DNA from: an uncultured Chthonomonadaceae bacterium
GTDB lineage: Bacteria > Armatimonadota > Chthonomonadetes > Chthonomonadales > Chthonomonadaceae
Length of the DNA: 64,000 nt
NCBI GenBank assembly: GCA_963835065.1
Contig: CAWIEK010000002.1
Coordinates: 175,248-239,247 of the forward strand
Direction of reading: 5' to 3'
A program made the position numbers and the translations under genes. Shown piece by piece: positions 19,788 to 31,012 of the stretch. Position 1 is the first letter of the stretch; every line of letters begins with the position of its first letter. The notes below the pieces were generated by a model. It did not search any database, was not told the DNA's origin, and saw nothing but the letters and a program-made list of their open reading frames with translations.

Positions 19788-20064
19788 AACGCGAAAAAAG
19801 TTGAACCTTTTGCCCAACTGGCGCTGTCTAAACAGTAATACAAACGTCTACTATACAGAGACGAAGGTTGAACGTTGGTAGTTCCTATCAACTATCAACT
19901 ATCAACTTAAGAAGGGAGGTGCCAGTCCTATGTTTCACCCCTCCCGTTCGCCCTGACGCTGCTGAGGTCACGACGCCTCACTCCTACAACTTGACACAAC
20001 GAGACATCGGGCTGGAAGCGCTGTATTGCCAAGATTTCGACGATCTCTCTACATACCCTTTTTT
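19788..20064 (+). ncRNA. Dispersed promoter + mini-ORF + conserved RNA element, copy 1 (MFHPSRSP*, 19930-19956)
   Basis: GAACCT-N17-GTCTAA; AAGGGAGGT SD; tail highly similar to the copies at 29.4 kb and 63.8 kb. Confidence 0.65.
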
Positions 20065-20123
20065 GTTCCTGGCGTCCTGGTGGTGAAGAGTTACCCGGAA
20101 AAATAGGTAACATAATCGGGCGG

Positions 20124-23055
20124 ATGGGTTCTAAAATGTGCAGCAAGTCAGCGCAGGAGTGGATGTTGCACTACAGGGAAAAGAACCAAATCAAGAGGCG
20201 GTCCGGCGCCTCGTTTACCGGCGGTTGTGGGATGGCGGCCTTTGCCGCGCTCGTGCTGATGAGCGCCCGGCAGCAGCCCTCGGACGCGCAGGCGCGAAGC
20301 CATCCGACGCAAAGCAAAGATGCGGCGTCTAGCGGTCACGCTACGGGAATTCTGCCGCTGGTCAAGAAGTATTGCCTCGACTGCCACTCCACGCAGGCGA
20401 AGCGGGGCCACCTGGACTTGCAGCGCTTTGCCACGTCCGAACACATTCGCCGCGAGGCGCAAACGTGGCAGGGTGTCGTCGAGCATCTTGAGGTGGGCGA
20501 TATGCCGCCGCAGGGGCATCCGCAGCCCACATCCGGGGAAAAACAGCAATTGCTCGCCCAGGTTCGCGCCCTTCTCGCTACGGAAGCCAATGCGCGGGCA
20601 GGGGATCCCGGCTACGTTCCCCTGCGCCGCCTGAGCAATGCCGAGTACAATGCGACGATCCGGGACCTGACCGGCGTGGACATGCAGCCCGCCCGTGAGT
20701 TCCCCGCCGATGGCGCTGCCGGCGAGGGGTTCACCAACGCCGCCGAAGCGCTCACCGACATTTCCCCCGACCTGCTCACCAAGTATTTCAACGCGGCCAG
20801 AGAGATTGCCGACCATGCGCAGCTGCTGCCGGACGGCATTCGCTTTGCCCTGGGAAAGACGCGCCGCGATTGGACGGACGAAAGCACCGCCCGCCTCCGC
20901 GCCTTCTACGCCGCCTGCCCTGAAGCGGGGGCAAAATCCGACGGGAAACTCGCGTTTCAGCCCTATCTCGCCGCTCTTGTCCGACACCGAGACGCGCTGA
21001 TTGCCGGACAGACCACGCTCAACAAAGTTGCGATAGAAGAGAAACTCAACGCCAAATACCTGCGCATCCTGTGGCAAGCGCTTACGGATACCACGCCCTC
21101 CTACCCTCTGGATGCCATTCGCGCCCAATGGCGAAAAGCGGCCCCGGACAATGCTCTCCCGCTCATCAAAGAGGTCACTGCCTGGCAGTCGGCGCTGTGG
21201 CAGACCGTCCGCGTGGGCAGTTACGTGCACGCTGTCGGGAAAGGCTTTGGCGAAAGCGTGACCCGGCAGATCGCCGTAAATCCGACTCCCGCCGAAACGC
21301 GAACGCTGCGAACCGCCAACAGCCTGACACCCGGACAGAACGAGGTCCCCAACACCCAACACCCGACACCCGACACCCGACCCCCTGCCGCCGGTTTGTC
21401 GCCGGGGCAGAACGAGAATGTCACGGAGGCGCGTCTGCTTGCCGGGTATGCCGATTTCCGGCGCTGCTTTCCCCTCTTTGTCTGCTTTCCCGGCGTGATC
21501 CCGAACGACGAAGTGGTTTCACTGAAAATGTTCCATCGGGAAGACGAACCGCTCCGCGAGTTGTTTCTTGACGCCGAGCAGACTCGCCGCCTTGACCGTC
21601 TCTGGACGGAACATCGCTTCCTCAGCCGCCAGCCCGTCGCGGAAAACACCTACCTGCCGCTCTTCATCGGCTTCGTCTCTCAGGACCAGCCCAAAGAACT
21701 GCTTTCCTACTTTGAGAGCCAGCGCCCGGTCTTCCGCGCCCGCGCCGAAGCCTTTGAAAAGGAGGAAGCCGCCGCGATACCCCAGGCAACTGGAAGCCCT
21801 CCTTGACTTTGCCGCCCGCGCCTACCGCCGCCCCCTCCTGCCAACGGAGAAGACCGATCTGCTCGGCCTGTACCGCGAGATTCGGGCCAAAGGCATGGCG
21901 CATGAAGCAGCGTTTCACAATGTGCTGGCGCGTATTCTGGTGTCGCCCGCGTTCCTGTTCCGCGTGGAGAAAGCGCCGCAGGGAGGAAATCCCGGACCGG
22001 TAAACGATTGGGAACTCGCCACGCGGCTCAGTTATTTTTTGTGGTCGTCCGCTCCCGACGAGGAACTGCGCAGTCTTGCCGCCGGGGGCAAATTGCATGA
22101 CCCGCAGGTTCTGCTTGCGCAATCGCGCCGGATGCTCAAAGACGAGCGCGTCCGCGCCCTGGCCGTTGAGTTCGGAACGCAGTGGATCAACGTTCGCGGC
22201 TTCGACGCGCTGAATGAAAAGAACGAGCGGCTGTTCCCGACGTTCGACAGCAGCCTCCGGCAGGCCATTTATGAAGAGTCCATTCTCTTCTTTCAATCGC
22301 TCTTCCAGTCGGATCGGCCCGTAACGGAGATTATTGACCGGGATGACACGTTTTTGAATGAGACTCTGGCAAAGCACTATGGCATCCCCGGCGTAGTCGG
22401 TCCGCAGTGGCGGCGCGTTACGGGAATCCATAAGTACGGGCGCGGGGGCGTGTTGGGGCTGGCGAGCGTACAGGCGCATGAAGCCGGGGCGTCGCGCACC
22501 AGTCCCGTCCTGCGCGGAAACTGGGTCGTCGAAACGCTGCTCGGAGAAAAGCTGCCGCGTCCTCCGGCCAACGTGCCCAAACTGCCTGAAGAGGAGGGCA
22601 GTGACGGTCTGACAATGCGGCAGCAGGTTCAGAAGCACACCAAAACGCCCTCGTGCGCCATCTGTCACCAGCGAATTGATCCTTACGGCTTCGCCCTGGA
22701 GCATTACGACGCCATTGGCCGCTTCCGGGACAGCGAAACCGGTGGGCTGAAGGTGGACGCAAAGGCGAAACTCAAGGACGGGACGGAATTTGAAGGCATA
22801 GACGGACTGCGCCGCTACCTGCTGACAAAGAAGCAGCCGGTTATTGCGCGTCTCTTCTGCCGCCGTTTGCTGGGTTACGCCCTGGGCCGCTCGGTTCAAA
22901 ATTCCGACCAGCCGCTTTTGGACAAGATGATGCAGGATTTAGCGAGCCATGAGGGGCGCGTATCGGCAGTCGTGGAGGCCATCGTTCAGAGCCGACAGTT
23001 CCGCAGCATACGCGGCACAACGTACACAGGCACAACGTATGCAGGCAACAAGTGA
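20124..23055 (+). CDS. Planctomycete-type cytochrome c / DUF1587-DUF1595-DUF1592-DUF1588-DUF1585 protein (frameshift near 21781; start uncertain)
   Basis: CLDCH, MPP, LRRLSNAEYNATIRDL, LATRLSYFLWSS.PD, RTSPVLRGNW, CAICH, YALGR. Confidence 0.88.
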
Positions 23056-23172
23056 CTGACAAGCAAATTTGCCGAAGAAGCCCCATGCGCTTCGCGCCTT
23101 TGAGCATGAACAAGCCGAATTGTCCGAATACCGAAAACAATACCGAACACCGGCTTTTGCAGGAGAGACACG

Positions 23173-24480
23173 ATGACCATTCGATTGACACAGCCGTTTT
23201 CCCGCCGCAATTTCCTCCGGGGCGTGGGCGTGACAATGACCCTGCCCTGGCTGGAATCGGTTCCCGCGTGGGGCGAGGAAAAGCCGCGCAGCGCTTCCGA
23301 GCCGCCGGTACGCTTCGCCTGCCTGTTCGCGGGGAACGGGTTCCACAGCCGCGAATGGTGGGCGAAGGGGCAAGGCGCGGCAATGGAGTTGGGCAAGGTG
23401 CTGGAACCGCTTCACCCCTTTCGTGAAAAGATGCTGTTCCTGCGCGGGCTGTATAATGAGGAAGCGCTGATCGGCGGCATCCATAGCTGTCAGACGGGAA
23501 ACCTGCTCACGGGAGCGCATCTGGCCCCTGCCGGCGAAATCCGGTCCGGCATCAGCTGCGATCAGGTCATCGCGCAGCGGATGAAGGGACAGACAAAAGT
23601 TCCGAGCCTGGTGCTGGGAACCGAGCAGTCCATTTCCGCCATCCACAAGAACTACTCGATGATCTACAGTTCGCATATTTCGTGGACTTCCGCGACCTCG
23701 CCGACGCCATTGGAGCTATATCCGGCGCTTGCCTTCGACCGGCTCTTCCGGGACGAGGTGGGGAAAGCGGACAAAAGTGTCCTTGACGCCGTGCTGGAGG
23801 ATACGGCCCGGATGAAAAGGGGGATCAGCCAATCTGACCGGCATCGCCTGGACGAGTACCTGGCTTCGGTGCGCGAAGTGGAACAAAGGCTCGAACAGGC
23901 CGGCAAAGCGGGACGATTGCAGGGCTGGCGTCCGACGCTCGCCAAACCCGACCGACCCCGCCCCGCTGAAGGTATCCCGCAGGACATTGATCAGCACATG
24001 CGGCTGATGTGCGACATTCTCGTACTCGCCTTCCGCACCGATACGACCCGCGTTTGTACCCTGAAACTCAACAACGATCATTCCTCGCTCCGGTTCCCGA
24101 ACCTGGGCGTGGATTACATGATTCATCATCTCCTCTCGCACTCCGATGGCGACGACTGGCTGAAGGTGAACCGCTTCTTTACCCAACAGGTGGCCTATAT
24201 CGCGCAAAAACTGGATGCGGTACAGGAGGGTGAGCGAACGCTTCTGGACAACAGCATGCTTCTATATCTTTCCAGCATGATGACCGGAAACCACAATAAT
24301 GACCAGTTGCCGGTTGTGATGGTCGGCGGGGGCGGGGGACAGATCAAGACGGGCCGAGTCCTGGATTACGCCGGCAAACCCAACCGCAAAATGTGCAGCC
24401 TGTACCTGTCTCTCATGGACAAGGCCGGTGTCCGACTTGACAGCTTCGGCGACTCCAAAGAGCGCCTTGCAGAGATATAA
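23173..24480 (+). CDS. DUF1552 domain protein with Tat-like signal
   Basis: SRRNFLRGVG...LPWLES; AFRTDTTRV; HLLSH; TLLDNS. Usual partner of DUF1592 proteins. Confidence 0.9.
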   Translation: MTIRLTQPFSRRNFLRGVGVTMTLPWLESVPAWGEEKPRSASEPPVRFACLFAGNGFHSREWWAKGQGAAMELGKVLEPLHPFREKMLFLRGLYNEEALIGGIHSCQTGNLLTGAHLAPAGEIRSGISCDQVIAQRMKGQTKVPSLVLGTEQSISAIHKNYSMIYSSHISWTSATSPTPLELYPALAFDRLFRDEVGKADKSVLDAVLEDTARMKRGISQSDRHRLDEYLASVREVEQRLEQAGKAGRLQGWRPTLAKPDRPRPAEGIPQDIDQHMRLMCDILVLAFRTDTTRVCTLKLNNDHSSLRFPNLGVDYMIHHLLSHSDGDDWLKVNRFFTQQVAYIAQKLDAVQEGERTLLDNSMLLYLSSMMTGNHNNDQLPVVMVGGGGGQIKTGRVLDYAGKPNRKMCSLYLSLMDKAGVRLDSFGDSKERLAEI

Positions 24481-24518
24481 TGGAGATAAATTTCAGGTTT
24501 CACTATCGAACACAATTA

Positions 24519-24655
24519 GCCGGGCATTGAAAATACCCGTCTGAATGGCGTTCCGCCGAGCGTCCTACGGACGCGGATTCATGAAGATATGGAGCATCGC
24601 GTTCGTAGGACGCGATGCCGCAGGCCATTGAGACAGGGGTTTTCAACCCCTGTCA
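24519..24655. repeat. REP/MITE-like long imperfect palindrome
   Basis: GCGTCCTACGGACGCG / CGCGTTCGTAGGACGC inverted pair; outer GGGCATTGAAAATACCC / GGGGTTTTCAACCCC. Confidence 0.7.
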
Positions 24656-24733
24656 TGGGCTGGCATAGGCGGCTGGCATGAGCGGCAAAAATGTGTCCGA
24701 TAGTACAAATCCGGTTTTTAGAAGGTGACAAAG

Positions 24734-27104
24734 ATGCCCCTCCTCGTAAAACGAACGCTTTTCTCTCTGACAGGCTCCGGCGCTTTGCTCGGCCTGCTTG
24801 GTCTGTCGGCAGCCCTGCCGTCCTGCGCGCAGTCACCCTCCCGCGCCTTCTCTCCTACGCCCCTCGCAACAACGGTGAAAGCCGCTCCTGCCGCGCCGAA
24901 GGCGAAAGCTGCTCCTGCCGCGCCGAAGGCGAAAGCGGACGCGAATACCACTTGGCCGTTCACGTATGCCGACGACAGCTTTACCGGCAACGCGCTTCTT
25001 GATCTGCGCTTCCTCAATGAACCCGTTGCGGGGCAGTCCGGCTTTGTCAAATTGACGCCGGACGGCAATCACTTCGCGCTTGGAAACGGGACGCCCGCCC
25101 GGTTCTGGTGCGTCAACACTACGGTTTATCGCCAATCCGAACAGGATTTGGAGCGCCACGCCCGCTTCCTCGCCAAAATCGGCGTCAATATGGTGCGGAT
25201 GCACGGCTCGTTCTCGCCCAAAGGCAAAGGCAAAGCGATTACGGACGTGGATGAGGCGGAAATTGACCGCTGCTGGCGAGTTGGTCGCGGCCATGAAAAA
25301 GCAGGGCATTTACTGCACCATTTCTCCCTACTGGGCGAATGGCGGACACGCGGGAACCGCCGCCTCCTGGAACATTCCGGGCGCGGGCGACGGGGCTGAT
25401 CTGTGGGGACTTTTGTTCTTCAACGACGATCTGCGCAATGGCTACAAAGCCTGGGCGCGCGCCCTGTACACGCGCAAGAACCCTTACACCGGTATTCCAC
25501 TCGCGCAGGACCCTGGTGTCGGCATCATTCAGATACAAAATGAGGACAGCCTGTTTTTCTGGACGATGCAGGGCTTGAAACCGGAACACAAAGCCGTTCT
25601 GAGCCGCAAATACAGCCAGTGGCTTGTCAAGCAGTACGGTTCGCTCGATAAGGCGAAAACCGCGTGGGACGGAGCCGGTTGGGAGGGTGACGATTTTGCG
25701 AACGGCAAAGTCGGCATGACCGATTTGTACCAGATGACGCAGCCGCAGCAGGGCGGTATGGCGAAACGGATGCGCGATCAGGTGCGCTTCTTCGCCGATC
25801 TGCAGCGCGACTTTTATGCGGATATTGTCCACTTCTACCGCAGCGAACTGGGCTGCAAGCAGCTGATCAATCCCTGCAACTGGGTTACTGCCGACCCCGA
25901 AAAACTTGGGGATGTGGAGCGCTGGACGTATACCGCAGGCGATGTTCTCGCCGTCAACAAATACTACAACGGCGGGCCGCACGTGGGCGATAACAACGGC
26001 TGGCGCATTGACCCGAAACACTATTTTGAGGGCGCGTCCGCGCTCCTGAACCCCACCGCCCTGCCCACCGATCTCAAAATAGCAGCAGGGCATCCCATGA
26101 TGGTGACGGAAAGCGGCTGGGTCAATCCGCTCGGCTATCAGTCCGAAGGCCCGTTCCTGATGGCCGCGTACCAGTCGCTGACGGGCATGGACAACTTCTA
26201 CTGGTTTTCCGCCGACACGCCCGCCTACGACATGGACCCGTTTATCTCGTTCCTCAATTTCCCGGACGGCAAGCCGCTGTGGAAGTGGCGATTGGAGCCG
26301 GTTGTGGAAGCGAGTTTCCCGGCCTGCGCCCTGATGTACCGCCTGAATTATATCCAGCCCGGCCTTGCCGTGCATGAGGAGCGCCCACTCGAAGACCTGT
26401 GGCAGCGCAAGCCCGCCCTGATCGCCGAGGGCCGCACCTACGACCCCAACCGCAACACAACGCCGTTTGTCGAAGGCAGCGGTAACAGCAGCGGCGCGAT
26501 TAACCCGCTCGCTTTTCTGGCCGGGCGCGTCGAGGTGAAATACGGCGGCGATCCCGCCAAAGATCGCATTGCCCCGCTTTCCCATTACATTGACGACAAG
26601 CAAAAAACGGTTACGAGCGTGACGGGCGAAATCAAGCTGAATTATGGCACGGGGCTGTGTACTCTCAACACGCCCAAAGCGCAGGGCGCGACGGGCTTCC
26701 TGGCAAAAGCGGGCGACATCCGCCTGACTGACCTGAACATTGCGTCCCGTAACGAATACGCAACGGTAGTCGCGGTGGCTATGGACAACAAACCCCTCCG
26801 CGAGTCCCGCAAAGTGCTGGTGCAGGTCACAACCATCATGCGCCCGACCGGCTGGAAAACGGAAGACGCGACGTTTAAGGAAGGCAACCAGACGTATCAC
26901 GGCAGCCAGATCGTGGCAACCGGCAAAATGCCCTGGCAGGTGACGGATACCGCCATGACGCTGACGCTGAAAAACCCGATGCTGCGTAAAGCGACCCTGC
27001 TGAATACGGGCGGCTATGCCACAAAACAGATCACGGGCGCGAACACGGGCGGCGTCTTCAGCCTGACCCTCCCACCGGATGCGCTGTACCTCATCCTCGA
27101 ATAA
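24734..27104 (+). CDS. Secreted clan-A-like glycoside hydrolase (frameshift near 25275)
   Basis: Signal peptide; GVNMVRMH, NPYTG.PLA.DP, IQNED, MVTE. Confidence 0.75.
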
Positions 27105-27191
27105 ATACAGGCGAAAAATCAGGAATGTCATTGGATTGAGGAAGGCGGTACGCGCTTTTGTCCGCGCAGACAATGGGAAGGAACCACTTTT

Positions 27192-29372
27192 TTGAAAACC
27201 GTGCATATCGTCTTTAACGCGCACATTGATCCGATCTGGCTCTGGCCCTGGCAGAGCGGCCTGGACGAGACGTTTGCCACGTGCCGGAGCGCCTGTGACC
27301 GTCTGGACGCGCATCCCGATCTCGTCTTTACGCGGGGAGAAGCCTGGGTCTACGATGAAATTGAGCGGCTCGATCCGGCGCTGTTCGCCCGCATACGCGC
27401 CCATATTGCGGCGGGACGCTGGGAGCCGGTTGGCGGCTGGTGGCTGCAGCCCGACTGCAATCAGCCAAGCGGTTTCGCTATGGAGCGGCAGATCGCTCTT
27501 GGTAAAAGCTACTTTGAGAGTCGCTTTGGGTTGTTTCCCCGCATTGCCTACAACGTTGACAGTTTCGGCCATGCCGCCACGCTGCCGGGGCTGATGCGTA
27601 GCGCGGGTCAGGATCGGTATGTGATGATGCGCCCGCAGCCGCAGGAGATGGCGCTGCCGGCCTGCCTGTTCCGCTGGCGCGGCTATGAGGACGGGCCGGA
27701 AGTGACCACGTTTCGCATTGTGGACTCCTACACTTCGGGCAACACCATCAATGAACGCCGAATTTATAACGCCGTCGAGCAACTGCCGGACGGAATTAAT
27801 GACACCATGCTGTTCGCGGGCTTCGGCGATCATGGCGGTGGCCCAACCGAGCGGCAGATCGCCTGGTTTCGGGAGCATCAGGACAGTTTCGCGGGCATCC
27901 AATTGGTGTTCTCCTCTCCTGGTCGGTTCTTCGACGCCATCTGGCCGCAGCGCGAAACGCTGCCGCTCGTGACCGGCGAATTACAGTTCCACGCTATCGG
28001 CTGTTACTCGGTTTATCGTCCCATCAAAACGGCGCTGCGCCAGGCGGAACATTGTCTGCGTCAGGCGGAGATATTCTGCGCCGCCGAAGCCCCGTCCGTA
28101 CCCGCTGAGGCGAGCGGCCAGATCAACGCGGCCTGGAAGCGCGTGTGCTTCAACCACTTTCACGACACCCTGGGCGGAACCTGCCTGCCATCCGCCTACC
28201 GCTACCCGCTGGCGCAGTTGGGTTACGCGCAGGATGTGGGCGAAACGCTGCTCCACGAAGGGTTGCGGCGCAAATTGACGGAACTGCCGGACGATCCCTT
28301 GCAGCGAATTGTCATTTACAACGCCTCCGATCTGCCTTATGACGGGCCGCTGGAATTCGCGCCCTGGCTGGATTGGCAGGCATGGGAGGCAGATTGGCAT
28401 CTGATTGACGAGGCCGGCGCACTTGTGCCGTTTCAGGTGATTGCTTCCGAGGCGCTGGCCGGCAGCCTCGTCAACCTCCTTTTTTCCCTTGCTATCCCGG
28501 CGGGCGGGATGCGGGTACTCCGTATTCAAACCGGGGGTGGCGCAGCGGAGGGCAGCGCTAAGGAGTCCTCCGGGCGTCTGTCGGTATCGGAAGACGCGCT
28601 TGCCGTTGCGGACAGCGTTCGGCTGAGTTCCGCTTCCCTGACGTTTGCAGGCGGTTTCGAACTTCCTCTGCCTGCGCTGCTGCTTTATGAGGACAATTCG
28701 GATACCTGGTCGCATGTGATTGACCGCTACAGTGATGATCCCTGCGCTCAGGCGGAATGGGGGAAAGTGGAAATTGTGGATCGCGGCCCGCTCATGGCGT
28801 CGCGTATCTGTCAGGGGCGCATCGGCAGCAGCGATCTTGCGGCGGAATGGCGCGTGTATCAGGAAGGCTTCGCCGAACTGCTGCTGACGGTGAACTGGAA
28901 GGAGCGGCACAGACTGCTCAAACTCGTACAGCCCCTACCCGGTACACCGCAGCATCGAACCGACGGCATCCTGGGTGGCTGGCTGTCCCGGCCATTCACC
29001 GGGCGCGAATCGCCCCTGCGCGACGGCGTTCTCATTGAAACTAAAATTAAAACCAACCTTGCGGGCGAGGGAAACGAGCGGAAGGGGATGTTGGGCATCG
29101 TCGCGCCGGACGTTTATGCCCTGGACGCGACAACGGAACGGCTGCGCTTCACGCTCCTGCGCAGCGCAATCATGGCGCACCATGACCCGCACAACGGCAT
29201 CGCGCCCCGCCGAACCTTCACGGATCAGGGCGAGCATACCTTCCGCTTCCGCTATCTCGCAGGCGAAGCGCTTTCCACGGACGCGCTGGAAAGGCATGCC
29301 ACCCAGATGCACCGCCCGCCCATCGTTGCCGATCTGACGCGCGGAATGTCGCGTCGCCCCAATGACCGCTGA
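27192..29372 (+). CDS. GH38 alpha-mannosidase family protein
   Basis: NAHIDPIWLW, DSFGH, GDHGGGPT, FHDTLGGT. Confidence 0.9.
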   Translation: MKTVHIVFNAHIDPIWLWPWQSGLDETFATCRSACDRLDAHPDLVFTRGEAWVYDEIERLDPALFARIRAHIAAGRWEPVGGWWLQPDCNQPSGFAMERQIALGKSYFESRFGLFPRIAYNVDSFGHAATLPGLMRSAGQDRYVMMRPQPQEMALPACLFRWRGYEDGPEVTTFRIVDSYTSGNTINERRIYNAVEQLPDGINDTMLFAGFGDHGGGPTERQIAWFREHQDSFAGIQLVFSSPGRFFDAIWPQRETLPLVTGELQFHAIGCYSVYRPIKTALRQAEHCLRQAEIFCAAEAPSVPAEASGQINAAWKRVCFNHFHDTLGGTCLPSAYRYPLAQLGYAQDVGETLLHEGLRRKLTELPDDPLQRIVIYNASDLPYDGPLEFAPWLDWQAWEADWHLIDEAGALVPFQVIASEALAGSLVNLLFSLAIPAGGMRVLRIQTGGGAAEGSAKESSGRLSVSEDALAVADSVRLSSASLTFAGGFELPLPALLLYEDNSDTWSHVIDRYSDDPCAQAEWGKVEIVDRGPLMASRICQGRIGSSDLAAEWRVYQEGFAELLLTVNWKERHRLLKLVQPLPGTPQHRTDGILGGWLSRPFTGRESPLRDGVLIETKIKTNLAGEGNERKGMLGIVAPDVYALDATTERLRFTLLRSAIMAHHDPHNGIAPRRTFTDQGEHTFRFRYLAGEALSTDALERHATQMHRPPIVADLTRGMSRRPNDR

Positions 29373-29620
29373 ACTATGTAGAGTAATCGTCGAAATCTTG
29401 GCAATACAGCGCTTCCAGCCCGATGTCTCATTGTGTCTGGTTGTAGGGGTTAGAGGCGTCGTGACCTCCAAAGCGTCAGGGCGAACGGGTGTGGACAGGC
29501 ATCTTCTGCACCTCCCTTCCTGTATGTCTAGCTTCTGTATAGTACCTGCCTGTATTGTAGATACTTGTATACTACATCTGACAGGTGGAGGCGGAAGAAG
29601 GTTTCTCTTTTTTCGCGTTG
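29373..29620 (-). ncRNA. Dispersed promoter + mini-ORF + conserved RNA element, copy 2 (MPVHTRSP*, complement 29476-29502)
   Basis: AAACCT-N16-GTCAGA; AAGGGAGGT SD; same conserved tail; converges on the GH38 stop codon. Confidence 0.65.
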
Positions 29621-29712
29621 TGCGGCTCTTTTTTTCGGCGCTGCCGTACTTTGCGCGGGAATAGGGCGTGAGTTCGGCGTTGCGGGCGCGGACAGGCTGT
29701 TGAGGCAAAACA

Positions 29713-30200
29713 ATGACCGATGATTTTGAACTGCGGGATGTGCTGGAAAGTGATCTCGCCACGTTTTTCGCGCAGCAACTGGATGCGGGCGCAAACGATA
29801 TGGCCGCTTTCACGCGGAAAGACCCGGCAGACCGGGAAGCGTTTATGGCGCACTGGACGCGGATCAGGAGTGACGACACGGGGCGTATCCAGACCGTCGT
29901 TTTTCAGGGGCAGGTGGCGGGCTATGTCCTGAGCTACCAACAGGACGGGGAAACGGAAGTCAGCTACTGGCTCGGCAGGGATACTGGGGGCGGGGGCTTG
30001 CGACACGCGCGCTTGCCGCGTTTCTGCGTTCGGTACAAGTCCGTCCGCTGCACGCCCGCGCCGCCAAAGATAACTATGCTTCCCTGCGGGTGTTGGAAAA
30101 GTGCGGATTCGCGATTATCGGCGAGGATAAAGGCTTTTCCAATGCGCGGGGCAAAGAGGTGGAAGAGTTTCTCTTGAAATTGGAGGCGAGTCAACCATGA
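29713..30200 (+). CDS. RimJ/RimL-type GNAT acetyltransferase (frameshift near 29980)
   Basis: EVSYWLGR..WG.G; DNYASLRVLEKCGF in the shifted frame. Confidence 0.8.
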
Positions 30201-30980
30201 AAAAACGCCGTCGTTTTCCTTTTTTCTGCTGTCTGTTTGTGGCGCTGCTCCTCAGTTGCGCAATCCTGGTTCGGCAGATGCGCCAGCAGACGCGGCAGAC
30301 GCAGAACAACCGGCAGCTTGCGCTTGCGGTACACACGCTGGACGTGTCCCAGGTTGAAGATTGCCTGCGCGCCGGAGCCGATCCCAATTTGCCCCGGCAG
30401 ATGCCTCAACCGCCAACCTTCCGGCAGGTCTTCCTCCGCTTGTTCCATGCTTCACGGCCCCAACCCACGAAGTCAGAAGATCGAATTCTGGCCGATGTTT
30501 TGGACAGCGCGGCACACTCTTCAAATCCGGGGCAACAGCGACGCGGATGCCGGATTGCCCTGCTTGCTGATCCAGTTCGGCGCAAACCCGCAGGGCGACG
30601 ACTTTTCCCCGCTGGGCGTGGCGACGTGGATACGCGCCAACGACGTGACGCAGGCTCTGGTCGAACACGGCGCAGACGTGAATGTGGTGGATATTTATGG
30701 GAACCGTCCGCTGCTTGATGCGGCGGCGGATAAATACTCCCCGTCAGGGTTGCTGCTGCTGGCGCATGGAGCCGACCCGAACATTCGACGCGCAGGCTCT
30801 CGGAGGACGCCGCTGATGGAGGCGGCGGGGAACGGCAATACCGCTCTGGTTCGGGCATTGCTGGAAAAGAGGGTTGACCTGACGTTAAAAGATGTGCGGG
30901 GCAAAACGGCGCTGGATTTCGCGCGCGAGTACAGGCGAGAGAAGATTGTTTCCCTCCTCACGCAGGCCGGCGCGAAATAG
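30197..30980 (+). CDS. Ankyrin repeat protein with N-terminal membrane anchor (frameshift near 30560)
   Basis: GADVN, GADPN, TPLMEAA, GKTALD. Confidence 0.8.
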
Positions 30981-31012
30981 CAGGAGCATCCATTCAGGGG
31001 GAAGTTTAGACA

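Noticed and set aside
19930..20110. Selenocysteine read-through of the mini-ORF UGA
   Set aside because: Downstream frames differ between copies, contain further stops and show non-synonymous changes; the hairpin does not resemble a bacterial SECIS.
24884..24937. Duplicated 24-nt unit encoding KAAPAAPKA
   Set aside because: Ordinary low-complexity linker after a signal peptide.
25239..27902. Long antisense ORFs (also 17012-18550 and 51763-53973)
   Set aside because: Shadow frames of GC-rich genes on the other strand; no recognisable motifs.
29362..29664. Antisense ORFs sharing IVEILA.QRFQP.VSLC (also 19928-20146 and 63746-63982)
   Set aside because: No common start or stop; explained by DNA-level conservation of the element.
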